NCBI GenBank assembly: GCA_964575925.1
Contig: CAZNTR010000004.1
Location: 1 to 56,851 of the forward strand
Source of the DNA: an uncultured Chitinophagales bacterium
Lineage (GTDB): Bacteria; Bacteroidota; Rhodothermia; Balneolales; M1805
DNA: 56,851 nucleotides
Direction of reading: 5' to 3'
Shown piece by piece: positions 38,800 through 47,912 of this stretch. The notes under the pieces are model-generated. The model made no database searches and was not told the origin of the DNA. It worked only from the letters and a program-made list of their open reading frames with translations. Every line of letters begins with the position of its first letter. Position 1 is the stretch's first letter. Both the position numbers and the translations under genes were made by a program.

Positions 38800-39221
38800 G
38801 AGTTTCTTCAGCTACTGTTACCGTTGAACACAGAATTACAGGTAATATAAATCATGGACTTTTAGTTCTTTTAGGGATTCATTCAACGGATACAATTGAA
38901 AAATTAGAGTGGATGGCTTCAAAAATTGCACGGCTCAGAATTTTTGAAGATGATGAAGGAAAAATGAATAAATCTGTTCAAGATGTGAACGGTTCAATTT
39001 TAGTTGTTTCCCAATTCACTTTATACGGTGATGCAAAAAAAGGAACAAGACCTAGTTTTATTGAAGCTGCGCCACCAAATCTAGCTATTCCATTGTATGA
39101 AAAATGCATCGATTTACTTGAATCCACCCATAATGTACGTGTCGAAACAGGTGTATTTGGAGCAATGATGAAAGTAGAATTAATCAATGATGGACCTGTT
39201 ACCATCATTTTGGAGAAATAA
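38781..39221 (+). CDS. dtd: D-aminoacyl-tRNA deacylase
   Basis: MRAVIQRV, VSQFTL and FGAMMKVELINDGPVT motifs. Confidence 0.97.
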   Translation: MRAVIQRVSSATVTVEHRITGNINHGLLVLLGIHSTDTIEKLEWMASKIARLRIFEDDEGKMNKSVQDVNGSILVVSQFTLYGDAKKGTRPSFIEAAPPNLAIPLYEKCIDLLESTHNVRVETGVFGAMMKVELINDGPVTIILEK

Positions 39222-40108
39222 TGGCTGTTATTTTTATTTTTATTGATGGTATTGGAATTGGTAAAGAAAATGAGTTTAATCCCTTTTACACTAATCATTT
39301 ACCAGGTTTTGAATTATTAAGTGGCGGAAAATTAGGTGAATCAAGTAAACAAATAATTTCACATAATCATGTTTTTAAACAAATTGATGCCAATTTAGAT
39401 ATGGATGGTTTGCCACAAAGTGGAACAGGGCAGGCTTCGTTGTTTTGTGGAATGAATATGTCTCTATTGATTGGAAAACATTTCGGTCCTTACGCACATT
39501 CACAAACGAAACCGTATTTAAAAGAAGAATCTCTATTTTCTGATCTTTTAAAAATGGGAAAATCACCTCATTTTATAAATGCTTATCCCAAACCATTTTT
39601 TGTAAATGCTGAAAAAAGAAGTCGATGGTCTTGTACAACTTGGATGACAATGGGAGCCGGTTTAAGTTTAAATACTGAAGATTTAGTCATTAATGGGGAA
39701 GCAGTTACAGCTGAAGTAAAACAAGATTATTGGAAGAAAAAATTAAGAATTGAACTTCCAGAAATAAAAGAAGCTGAAGCAGCTCAAAGAATCCTAAAAA
39801 AAGCGAATCAACATGATGTAGTTCTTTTTGAATATTTTTTAACGGATAAAGCGGGGCATGAGCAAAATCCAGAAAATGCATTTTCTTCACTTGAAAGAAT
39901 TGATAAACTTTTGCAAGAACTAATTAAGGAAATTGGAAATCATACGCTTTTAATAACAAGTGATCATGGAAATATCGAAAACTTAGCGGTGAAGACTCAC
40001 ACTAGAAACCTTGTTCCTTTATACGCTTATGGCGAAAATGCACAAAACTTCGAAAAAATAGAATCCATTGTTGATGTAAAAAATGCTATTCTTAAATGTT
40101 TTGAGTGA
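39221..40108 (+). CDS. Alkaline-phosphatase-superfamily metalloenzyme (phosphoglycerate mutase/phosphopentomutase-like)
   Basis: FIDGIG, PQSGTGQ, TDKAGH, TSDHGN and HTRNLVP motifs. Confidence 0.85.
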   Translation: MAVIFIFIDGIGIGKENEFNPFYTNHLPGFELLSGGKLGESSKQIISHNHVFKQIDANLDMDGLPQSGTGQASLFCGMNMSLLIGKHFGPYAHSQTKPYLKEESLFSDLLKMGKSPHFINAYPKPFFVNAEKRSRWSCTTWMTMGAGLSLNTEDLVINGEAVTAEVKQDYWKKKLRIELPEIKEAEAAQRILKKANQHDVVLFEYFLTDKAGHEQNPENAFSSLERIDKLLQELIKEIGNHTLLITSDHGNIENLAVKTHTRNLVPLYAYGENAQNFEKIESIVDVKNAILKCFE

Positions 40109-40141
40109 TTTAGATAATTATTAGAACCCCATTTATTAGTT

Positions 40142-40405
40142 ACCTGAGTTTTGAATTAGAAAGAAAACTCCCCTTTTTACCCAAAACTAATTTGCTAAAA
40201 AAGACAGAAGAAATTTAAAGGGGCAAGGGGGATTTTACGATATATTTTATTTTTGTATGTATTTGTATAGTGTTTAGAAGTAAACAAAGCAAAATTGAGC
40301 ATTTTTAGAATTGATTTTTGTAAATTGGATCCACTTAAAAAAACAAATTTCACGGTTTACACCCAATCCAATCTCATTTAAATAGCAGAATAGTTAAACT
40401 CAGGT
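40142..40405. mobile_element. MITE-like element, family C copy 2
   Basis: Ends ACCTGAGTTT and AAACTCAGGT. Internal CTCCCCTTTT...AAAGGGGCAAGGGGG. Confidence 0.6.
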
Positions 40406-40569
40406 TTTTATAGATAAAGTCGAAAAACTAATCATACTTGGTTTTTAAGGAATCACGGCTAAAAGATGCGTTAAATGTATAACTCAATTTTAAATCAGTT
40501 TATAACTAGTGATTAATCGAATACAAAGAAAACCAATTTTAATGGCTCACTATTAGTAATTCATAAAAC

Positions 40570-40620
40570 AAAAAAAGTCATGAACTCTGAATTACTCCAT
40601 TCGTTCTTGACTTTTTTTTT
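40570..40620. terminator. Bidirectional terminator-like hairpin downstream of adk
   Basis: AAAAAAAGTCATGAAC...GTTCTTGACTTTTTTT. Confidence 0.7.
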
Positions 40621-40637
40621 AAATAGCTAGAAACGAA

Positions 40638-41192
40638 TTAAGTTAACTCAGCACAAATTCGGTTAAAAATATCTTCAACAGTTCCAACACCATTTATCGA
40701 AGAAAATATTCCAGTCGATTTATAATAGGCCATCACAGGTGAAGTCTCTTTTTCATAAACTTGAAGTCTCACTGCAACTTTTTCTGGAGTATCATCGGTA
40801 CGATCTTGGCCTCGGGAAAGAATTCGTTTCTTGAGTTCTTCATTCGGAACTTCAAGTCCAATACAAGCATTCACTTTCATGTTATTTTCAGCTAAAAAAG
40901 CGTCAAATTGTTCTGCCTGATTAACTGTTCTTGGAAAACCATCGAGGATATATCCATTTTTGAATTCGTCTTTGCTTACAGCATCAACTACAACTTCAAC
41001 CACAACCTCATCAGGTACTAAATTTCCAGAATCAAGTATTGATTTAACTTTTTTACCTAATTTGGTTTGGTTTTTTATATGACCTCTGAAAATATCTCCA
41101 GTAGATAATTGTTTGATAGAGAATTTTTCCTCCAATAATTTCGCTTGTGTGCCTTTTCCAGCACCTGGTGGTCCAAATAAAACTAAAATCAT
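40638..41192 (-). CDS. adk: Adenylate kinase (short, LID-less form)
   Basis: GPPGAGKGTQA, STGDIFR, LDGFPRT and RTDD motifs. Confidence 0.97.
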   Translation of the reverse strand: MILVLFGPPGAGKGTQAKLLEEKFSIKQLSTGDIFRGHIKNQTKLGKKVKSILDSGNLVPDEVVVEVVVDAVSKDEFKNGYILDGFPRTVNQAEQFDAFLAENNMKVNACIGLEVPNEELKKRILSRGQDRTDDTPEKVAVRLQVYEKETSPVMAYYKSTGIFSSINGVGTVEDIFNRICAELT

Positions 41193-41562
41193 AAAATATT
41201 AAAAAATAATAGGTTAGAATTAAAATTATAAGCTTACGGCGAGAAGTACAAACTAAAACCAACCTGTTTTTTTGTTCCTGCTAAATAGTGCCGTAAAGAA
41301 AATGGGTCATTTTTTTGAATCAGGAAAATACTTTAATTACAAAAGAGTTCAAAAAAATAACAAATTCATAATTGAATTGATTCAATTATTAACAAATGCG
41401 TTTTACCTTTTCTTTTATTTTCTGTTTCTAATTAAAATTTTTATTTCATTCAATAGCTAGATCTACTCCGTTAAATGTAAAACCAAGATTTATAAGTATT
41501 TTTTTTAATGGTATTTAGTTTAGGATTGATGGATTGTACATTTCACAAATTTGATTCGTAAT

Positions 41563-42927
41563 ATGAAAAAATTAGCTCATCTTCTTACCCTTAGTCTATT
41601 GATAATAGCTAGTTTATCACTAGATTTATCGGCACAACATGTTAAACACCAAGCAGGACCTATGTTAGGTTATGTAGAGCACATGGAAGTTGGAATTTGG
41701 TATCAAACAAATTCAAAAGCATCTGTGCAGGTACTTTATTGGAAAAAAAGTGATCCTAAAAAGGTGTTTAAAACAGAAATAAAAGAACTCAAATCAGATG
41801 TATATTTTATAGGAAAATTTGTATTAACAAATTTAGATTTTGGAACAGTTTACGAATATCAAGTAAGTGTTGATGGTAAAATCTTGAAATTTTCTTATCC
41901 ATTACAATTTACGACTCAAGATTTATGGCAGTGGAGAAAAGACGCCCCTGACTTTTCTGTTGCCCTTGGTAGTTGTCTTTATGTAAACGATCCACCTCAA
42001 GATAGACCTGGAAAAGCTTATGGCGCATCGCCGCAACTGTTAGAATCAATTGCTGATATGAAGCCAGATGTTATGCTTTGGACGGGTGATAATATTTATT
42101 ACAGAGAAACTGATTTCTATTCTAAAGCCAGAATGATTTATAGAAATAATGAAGCAAGAAGTCTGAAAGAGATGCAAAGACTTTTATCCACGGCTGCAAA
42201 TTATGCAACTTGGGATGATCATGATTATGGACCAAATAATGCAGATCGTTCTTATAAATTCAAAGATATAACTCTTGATTTATTTAACTCCTTTTGGTTT
42301 AATCCAAACGCAGGCGAAGTTGACAACAAAGGCGTTTATTTTGATTTCAAATACAATGACATTGATTTTATTTTACTCGATGACAGATATCATAGAGCTC
42401 CAAATGACTTAATCGATTCTACGAAAACATTTTTTGGAAAAAAACAACTTACTTGGTTAAAAGATAGATTACTAAATAGTTCAGCTCCATTTAAAATTGT
42501 AATTAATGGAAATCAAACAATTAATAAAAGTAATCCTTATGAAGGTTTTAATCACTATCAGAATGAACAAAATGAATTACTTGAGTTTTTAAAAAATCAA
42601 AAAATTGAAGGAGTGGTTTTTTTCTCAGGTGATAGACATCATACAGAACTTTTAAAATTAGAAAAAGATGCAATGTATCCGCTTTATGAATTCACAAATT
42701 CACCTTTAACAAGTGGTTATAATGCTAATTTGAGCGAAAAAGAATTAAATAACCCCTTAAGAGTTGAGGGTACTTTGGTTAATAACACTCAAAATTTTGG
42801 AATGATGAAGGTTTTTGGTCCTCGAAAGAACCGTTCTATTTCTTTACAAACCTATGATCCAAAGGGTAAATTGATTTGGGAACACACTATTAATGAAAAA
42901 GAATTGAAATTCAAATCTGATAAATGA
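41563..42927 (+). CDS. phoD: PhoD family alkaline phosphatase, secreted
   Basis: Signal peptide, GSC, WTGDNIY, WDDHDY, LDDRY and SGDRH motifs. Confidence 0.9.
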   Translation: MKKLAHLLTLSLLIIASLSLDLSAQHVKHQAGPMLGYVEHMEVGIWYQTNSKASVQVLYWKKSDPKKVFKTEIKELKSDVYFIGKFVLTNLDFGTVYEYQVSVDGKILKFSYPLQFTTQDLWQWRKDAPDFSVALGSCLYVNDPPQDRPGKAYGASPQLLESIADMKPDVMLWTGDNIYYRETDFYSKARMIYRNNEARSLKEMQRLLSTAANYATWDDHDYGPNNADRSYKFKDITLDLFNSFWFNPNAGEVDNKGVYFDFKYNDIDFILLDDRYHRAPNDLIDSTKTFFGKKQLTWLKDRLLNSSAPFKIVINGNQTINKSNPYEGFNHYQNEQNELLEFLKNQKIEGVVFFSGDRHHTELLKLEKDAMYPLYEFTNSPLTSGYNANLSEKELNNPLRVEGTLVNNTQNFGMMKVFGPRKNRSISLQTYDPKGKLIWEHTINEKELKFKSDK

Positions 42928-43024
42928 GCGTACTCCGAAAAGTAGTTTTTAGCAAAATATGCGTCGAATTCGTAGTATTTTGAGTGGTATAAACTTAAAG
43001 AATTGACTTTTTGAAGTGGACTCA
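42925..43024 (+). mobile_element. ~100-bp MITE-like element, family F copy 4; its first 3 nt are the phoD TGA stop
   Basis: Ends TGAGCGTACTCCGAAAAGT and ACTTTTTGAAGTGGACTCA. Confidence 0.75.
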
Positions 43025-43426
43025 TAAATAGATATAGTACTTAGAAATACTTAACTTACCTAGTTTTTTTTAATATGTATATATTCATCTTAGTTCATTA
43101 ATTGATAATCTTAGTTCTTGATAAAAATTGTGGCAATAATATTAGATTTGAACTAAGAAAAACGTCTTTCAATTAATACTCTCAAATAGCCATGAAGCGA
43201 AAAGTAATCTCAAAGGCAACGTGAAATGAATTCTAGAATTTAACTCCAAATTGAATAAAGATAGCATTTCATGGTTTCTCAAATAGCTTCGCAATCACGA
43301 GTATCATTTTTCAGTGGATTGACAATACCTTTTTACCAGTTTTCTACTTTATTTCTTTTCGCATACTCAGTTTAATAAAATAAATTACATTCCTAAAACA
43401 AGATTTCGGTCTAAATAAAGTATTAA

Positions 43427-44191
43427 TCAGCAATGTATAACTAATAAATCATGAGCAAGACGAACATTTTTTGGTAGCTCATTTTCAACTTCAGCTTGTT
43501 TTATTTGACTATTCATGTGAACAATCCAAGCATTCTTTGGGTTAATTTTAGTAATAACTTCTAATGCTTCAGGAATAGTAAAATGTGTTGGATGTGTTGG
43601 ACTCATACGTAAGCCACTGATAACCAGTTGATTACAATTTTTACAAAAATGAATTGCTTCATCTGTTAAGTATGATACATCGGTTATATAAACAAGATCA
43701 TTAATTTTGTAAGCCCAAACCTCCATAGTCCCATGTTGAACTGGAAATGGAGTTATTTTTATATCACGATATTCAAAAGATTGAAATAGATTTACATGTA
43801 TAAAGTCAAAATCAACAGAGCCAGGAGTTTTAACAGGAGGAAACATGTAAGGGAATCGCTCTTTAATTGATTTTATACAATTTGGAGAAGCAATTGTTTT
43901 AATTGGTTTTTTTTGAACATAATTAAACGGTCTTAAATCATCTAAGCCACCGATATGATCTGCGTGTTCATGAGTTAATAGAAGTATATCAATTTTCTTA
44001 ATTCCTGAACGTAAACTCTGTAACCTAAAGTCAGGGCCAACATCTATCAATAGAGAAGTTTGTTCGGTTTGTATCCAAGCTGAAACACGTAGACGATAGT
44101 CTCTTGGATCAAGACTAAGGCTATCATAAGAAAATCCACCTGCAACAGGTACACCCATTGATGTCCCAGTTCCTAAAAAGTTTAATTTCAT
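43427..44191 (-). CDS. MBL-fold metallo-hydrolase (PhnP/YycJ-like)
   Basis: LGTGTSMGVP, THEHADHIGGLDDLR, YITD, HPTHF and VHM motifs. Confidence 0.92.
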   Translation of the reverse strand: MKLNFLGTGTSMGVPVAGGFSYDSLSLDPRDYRLRVSAWIQTEQTSLLIDVGPDFRLQSLRSGIKKIDILLLTHEHADHIGGLDDLRPFNYVQKKPIKTIASPNCIKSIKERFPYMFPPVKTPGSVDFDFIHVNLFQSFEYRDIKITPFPVQHGTMEVWAYKINDLVYITDVSYLTDEAIHFCKNCNQLVISGLRMSPTHPTHFTIPEALEVITKINPKNAWIVHMNSQIKQAEVENELPKNVRLAHDLLVIHC

Positions 44192-44484
44192 GATAAATCA
44201 AACTCCTCATTTTTCTTTTTACTGTAAATACTCATCTTCCACATACGTTCTAATTCTTTTCGTAGAACAGGTTTTATAAACTGCTCGTCAATATTTAACT
44301 CATAAAGTGCTTTAGCAAGTAGTGATACCTGAAAATCAATGGGGTGTAATTTATTTAAAACTAGATATTTTTTACCCTCAACTGTACATGAATCACTCTT
44401 AAAATTGCCTTTTTCTTTTCTGATTTCAATTCCGAAACCAGTTAATAAATCCTCTAATTCTGAATATAATCGATCTGTTTTCAT
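44188..44484 (-). CDS. Conserved hypothetical protein
   Basis: IRKEKGNFKSDSC motif. Overlaps the downstream MBL gene by 4 bp and sits 2 bp from the upstream gene, suggesting an operon. Confidence 0.75.
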   Translation of the reverse strand: MKTDRLYSELEDLLTGFGIEIRKEKGNFKSDSCTVEGKKYLVLNKLHPIDFQVSLLAKALYELNIDEQFIKPVLRKELERMWKMSIYSKKKNEEFDLS

Positions 44485-44486
44485 AG

Positions 44487-45233
44487 TTAAAAACTTAATC
44501 CTAATCCAAAAGTTAGTGCTTTTAAGTTATAATCAAAAAGAAATGAATCAATATCATAAATATGAAACAAGTAGGAATTATGAATAGATAATCGTGAGTT
44601 TCCCCATACTCTGAATGTATTTAATTGAACTTTACTCTCTAATAATGTTTTGCTCCCATATTTACCACCAATTCCACGTGCCGAAAATCCATAATGTGCT
44701 AATTGACTTAAATGAAGCCGTAACCAAGGTTTAAATTGGACTGAAGACTCAATACCTGTTCCAAATGTAAATCCTGTTTGTTCAAATCGACTTTCAGTTA
44801 AATCGACATTTGAAGAAGAAATGGTAAAAGAATCAGTGGTTAAATGTAGTGGAATCGCAATTAAAAACTTCTTTGTTCGTGTTAAAGTAATGTTCCCTAA
44901 AAAAGTTAAGGATAAACTTGTGTAACGTAATTGATTTTGTGATCCAAGAGAAGTTCCATAATCAATATGAATATGAACTAAACCGAATTGACCATGTAAA
45001 TAATAAACAGGGTCGATAAAATTGAATTGAGCAGTTTGTAAACGGTAATCTGATGAGGTTTTGCCTTTGTAGGAAAAATCGACAAATGAAGTTCCTGCCG
45101 AAAAAATTAGAGAAGATTCGTCTGTAATAGCATCTTTTTTTTGTGACTTAACCGAAAACATTTGCGCTGATAACGTTTCAAATGTTAGAAAAAGAAAAAG
45201 AAAAATGTTAAGTTTGAGCTTCACTTTATTCAT
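44487..45233 (-). CDS. Putative outer-membrane beta-barrel protein
   Basis: Signal peptide (MNKVKLKLNIFLFLFLTFETLSAQ), amphipathic strands, C-terminal LTFGLGLSF. Start is uncertain. Confidence 0.7.
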   Translation of the reverse strand: MNKVKLKLNIFLFLFLTFETLSAQMFSVKSQKKDAITDESSLIFSAGTSFVDFSYKGKTSSDYRLQTAQFNFIDPVYYLHGQFGLVHIHIDYGTSLGSQNQLRYTSLSLTFLGNITLTRTKKFLIAIPLHLTTDSFTISSSNVDLTESRFEQTGFTFGTGIESSVQFKPWLRLHLSQLAHYGFSARGIGGKYGSKTLLESKVQLNTFRVWGNSRLSIHNSYLFHIYDIDSFLFDYNLKALTFGLGLSF

Positions 45234-45313
45234 AGATAGAAGAGAAAAGGAACGTTTTTCGTTTAATTTTAAATTCTTAAAACACATAGTAACAATTAAT
45301 TTTTCAAAATAGT

Positions 45314-45853
45314 ATGAAAATTTTAATATCTATCCTTATTGGTACTTTTTTTATGTCATTTTCATCTGATTCATTTTACGGTTATAAAGTAAAAAACATT
45401 GATGGAGAGGAAATATCACTTGAATCGTACAAAGGTAAAGTATTGCTTGTTGTAAATACAGCATCAAAATGTGGTTATACTCCACAATATGAAGGTCTTC
45501 AGGATATTTATGCTGAATATAAAGATCAAGGCTTTGAAATCTTAGGTTTTCCAGCTAATAATTTTATGGGGCAGGAACCTGGAAGCGATAAAGAAATTAA
45601 AGAATTCTGTACAGCAAAGTATAATGTGGAATTTCAAATGTTCTCAAAAGTGTCTGTTAAAGGAAAAGATCAACATCCTTTATTTGCTATGTTAACAGAA
45701 ACAGAGAATCCAGATTTTAAAGGTAGTATTAAATGGAATTTTGAGAAATTCCTTATTTCAAAAGATGGTACATTGCTACATCGTTTCCGTTCAGGTGTTA
45801 AACCGACTGATAAAGAAATGAAAGCTGCAATTGAAGAAGCTATAAAAAACTAA
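45314..45853 (+). CDS. Glutathione peroxidase (Cys-type)
   Basis: VNTASKCGYT, LGFPANNFMGQEPG and WNFEKFL motifs. Confidence 0.95.
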   Translation: MKILISILIGTFFMSFSSDSFYGYKVKNIDGEEISLESYKGKVLLVVNTASKCGYTPQYEGLQDIYAEYKDQGFEILGFPANNFMGQEPGSDKEIKEFCTAKYNVEFQMFSKVSVKGKDQHPLFAMLTETENPDFKGSIKWNFEKFLISKDGTLLHRFRSGVKPTDKEMKAAIEEAIKN

Positions 45854-45970
45854 ATGTTTTTTTTAACTGCTATTTCAGAATTCAATTTTTGGATTTCAAT
45901 CATTCAAATAGTGTTTAACTGTGATTAATTTGCTGCAATACCTTCTTTGAATAATCTGATTTTTAAACAT

Positions 45971-46005
45971 AAAAGGCTGTCTGAGTAATCTGGCAGCCTT
46001 TTTTT
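45971..46005. terminator. Bidirectional Rho-independent terminator
   Basis: AAAAGGCTGTC...GGCAGCCTTTTTTT between convergent genes. Confidence 0.85.
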
Positions 46006-46039
46006 GTAAATATTTTGATAAAATTATAATCAGTTGTTT

Positions 46040-47176
46040 TTATTCAACCCACTCGGCTATAAATACATTAGTTTCACGACTTGGTTTTCTATCAGTTCTT
46101 CTATTAGAAGCAAAAACTAAGAACTTACCATCATGAGAAAACATAGGGAATGCATCAAATGTGCCGGAGTTTGTTATTTGCTCAAGTTTTTTAGTATCTG
46201 GATCAATCATAAAAATATCAAAGATGCGACCGCCTTTATCCATTGTATGATGGTTTGATGAAAAGAGAATTCGATTATTGTCTGGGTGAAAAAATGGAGC
46301 CCAATTTGCACCTAGTAAACTAGTAATTTGTACAATATTATTTCCGTCAATATCTGAAGTATATACATTCATTTCTTTTGGTTCAACTAAGCCTTTAGAC
46401 AGTAATTTTTTATACATAGGTAATTCTTCTTCAGTTGGTCTGCTCGCTCTCCAGACAAGTTTTTTAGAATCATGGGAGAAGAAAGCACCGCCATCGTAAC
46501 CTGGTAAAAACGTGATTTGTTTAATTTCTTTAGTTTCAAACTCATAACGCCATAAATCTAAATCACCAGATCGTGTTGAAGTAAAAATCATGTATTTACC
46601 ATCTGGTGAAATGGTTGCCTCTGCATCGTAACCTTCACCACCAATTAACAATACAGATTCAGTTGAAGCATTATCTTTGATATAAATATCGAATGTATTG
46701 TATATGGCCCAAACATATCTCCCATCTTCAAAAACGGGAGCTTTTGGACAATTTGCATCAGCAAAGTGAGTAGAAGAGTAAACTATTTTTCCATTTGGAT
46801 GAAAATAAGAACAAGTGGTTCTCCCTTTCCCAGTTGATACTTCTTGATATTTTGAGCCAGTACTTAATGGACTTCCATCAGCATTCATAACATAAATTTG
46901 ATCACAAGCTTGTGAATTTATTTCTGACCAATCCGATTGAAAGATGATTTGTTTATTGTCAAAACTCCAATAGGCTTCCGCATTATTTCCACCAAAGGTT
47001 AATTGGCGAATGTTTGTTAGATGTGTTTCGGTATCAAATTTTAAGGAGTGGTTTTGAGTAATTACTTCTGGTTTTACTCTATTTTCAATTGGTTTTTCAA
47101 CAATTGCTGGCTTTTCAATTGTGCAAAAACTAAAAAACGACATAAAAGCGAATAGGTATCTTTTTTTTAATAACAT
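46040..47176 (-). CDS. TolB-like PD40 beta-propeller lipoprotein
   Basis: Lipobox-like FSFC, then repeated SPDGK/FSHDGK/RQLT motifs. Confidence 0.85.
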   Translation of the reverse strand: MLLKKRYLFAFMSFFSFCTIEKPAIVEKPIENRVKPEVITQNHSLKFDTETHLTNIRQLTFGGNNAEAYWSFDNKQIIFQSDWSEINSQACDQIYVMNADGSPLSTGSKYQEVSTGKGRTTCSYFHPNGKIVYSSTHFADANCPKAPVFEDGRYVWAIYNTFDIYIKDNASTESVLLIGGEGYDAEATISPDGKYMIFTSTRSGDLDLWRYEFETKEIKQITFLPGYDGGAFFSHDSKKLVWRASRPTEEELPMYKKLLSKGLVEPKEMNVYTSDIDGNNIVQITSLLGANWAPFFHPDNNRILFSSNHHTMDKGGRIFDIFMIDPDTKKLEQITNSGTFDAFPMFSHDGKFLVFASNRRTDRKPSRETNVFIAEWVE

Positions 47177-47185
47177 AGGTATGAT

Positions 47186-47572
47186 TCAGTTTAATAAATG
47201 TGAACGTAAAAAAAATCTTGGAATTGTCACTTTAAGCGTATGTCCTTCTTTTGTTTCCATCTCATATACGCCTTCCATTGATCCTGATGGTGATTTTAGG
47301 ACACAGTAACTTTGATAGGTAAACGATTCGTTGGGATTTATAAAGGGTTGTTTACCAATAACACCTTCACCATTAACTTCATAAATATCGCCCATACTAT
47401 CTTTTATTAACCAACTTCTTCTTAAGAGTTGTACGGTCACTTGTTGTAGATTTACTATGGTCACGGTATAAAGAAAAACGTATTTCTGAGTTAAAACATT
47501 AGACTTATCTTCTGCAAATACAGGTCTAACGCTAACACTAATTTCATTTGATAGTTGTTTATATTCGAACAT
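47186..47572 (-). CDS. apaG: ApaG domain protein
   Basis: VQLLRRSWLIKD, GEGVIGKQP and GSMEG motifs. Confidence 0.93.
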   Translation of the reverse strand: MFEYKQLSNEISVSVRPVFAEDKSNVLTQKYVFLYTVTIVNLQQVTVQLLRRSWLIKDSMGDIYEVNGEGVIGKQPFINPNESFTYQSYCVLKSPSGSMEGVYEMETKEGHTLKVTIPRFFLRSHLLN

Positions 47573-47626
47573 GACTAAAAATAATAATTAATAGTACATT
47601 TTACAGCATAATTACCGTATTTAGTA

Positions 47627-47658
47627 TTGACTTCAATTAAATATTGTTGGTATATTTG
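47627..47658 (+). promoter_or_regulatory. Promoter of tRNA-Asp
   Basis: TTGACT at 47627 and TATATTTG at 47651 (Bacteroidota-type TAnnTTTG), 15 nt before the tRNA. Confidence 0.6.
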
Positions 47659-47673
47659 AGTCTTCCAAAAAAT

Positions 47674-47747
47674 GGTCCGGTAGTTCAGTTGGTTAGAACG
47701 CCTGCCTGTCACGCAGGAGGTCGAGGGTTCGAGTCCCTTCCGGATCG
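47674..47747 (+). tRNA. tRNA-Asp(GTC), CCA not encoded
   Basis: GGTCCGGTAGTTCAGTTGGTTAGAACGCCTGCCTGTCACGCAGGAGGTCGAGGGTTCGAGTCCCTTCCGGATCG folds as a cloverleaf. Confidence 0.97.
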
Positions 47748-47748
47748 C

Positions 47749-47781
47749 AAGCTCATCATTTTAATGATGGGCTTTTTTTTT
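47749..47781 (+). terminator. Terminator after tRNA-Asp
   Basis: AAGCTCATCATT-TT-AATGATGGGCTT plus a T-run. Confidence 0.85.
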
Positions 47782-47912
47782 ATATAAACTATTCAAAATC
47801 TCGTGTATTTTAGTATTAAGTGTAGTTATGGTTTAGATTTTTTTATTCTAGAGCGTAGCAACATTTCGTTTCATTCTTTTAATCAGCCTTCTATTCAAAT
47901 TATTAAATCTTT

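Noticed and set aside
45314..45853. Selenocysteine-type glutathione peroxidase
   Set aside because: The active-site codon is TGT (Cys), with no in-frame TGA.
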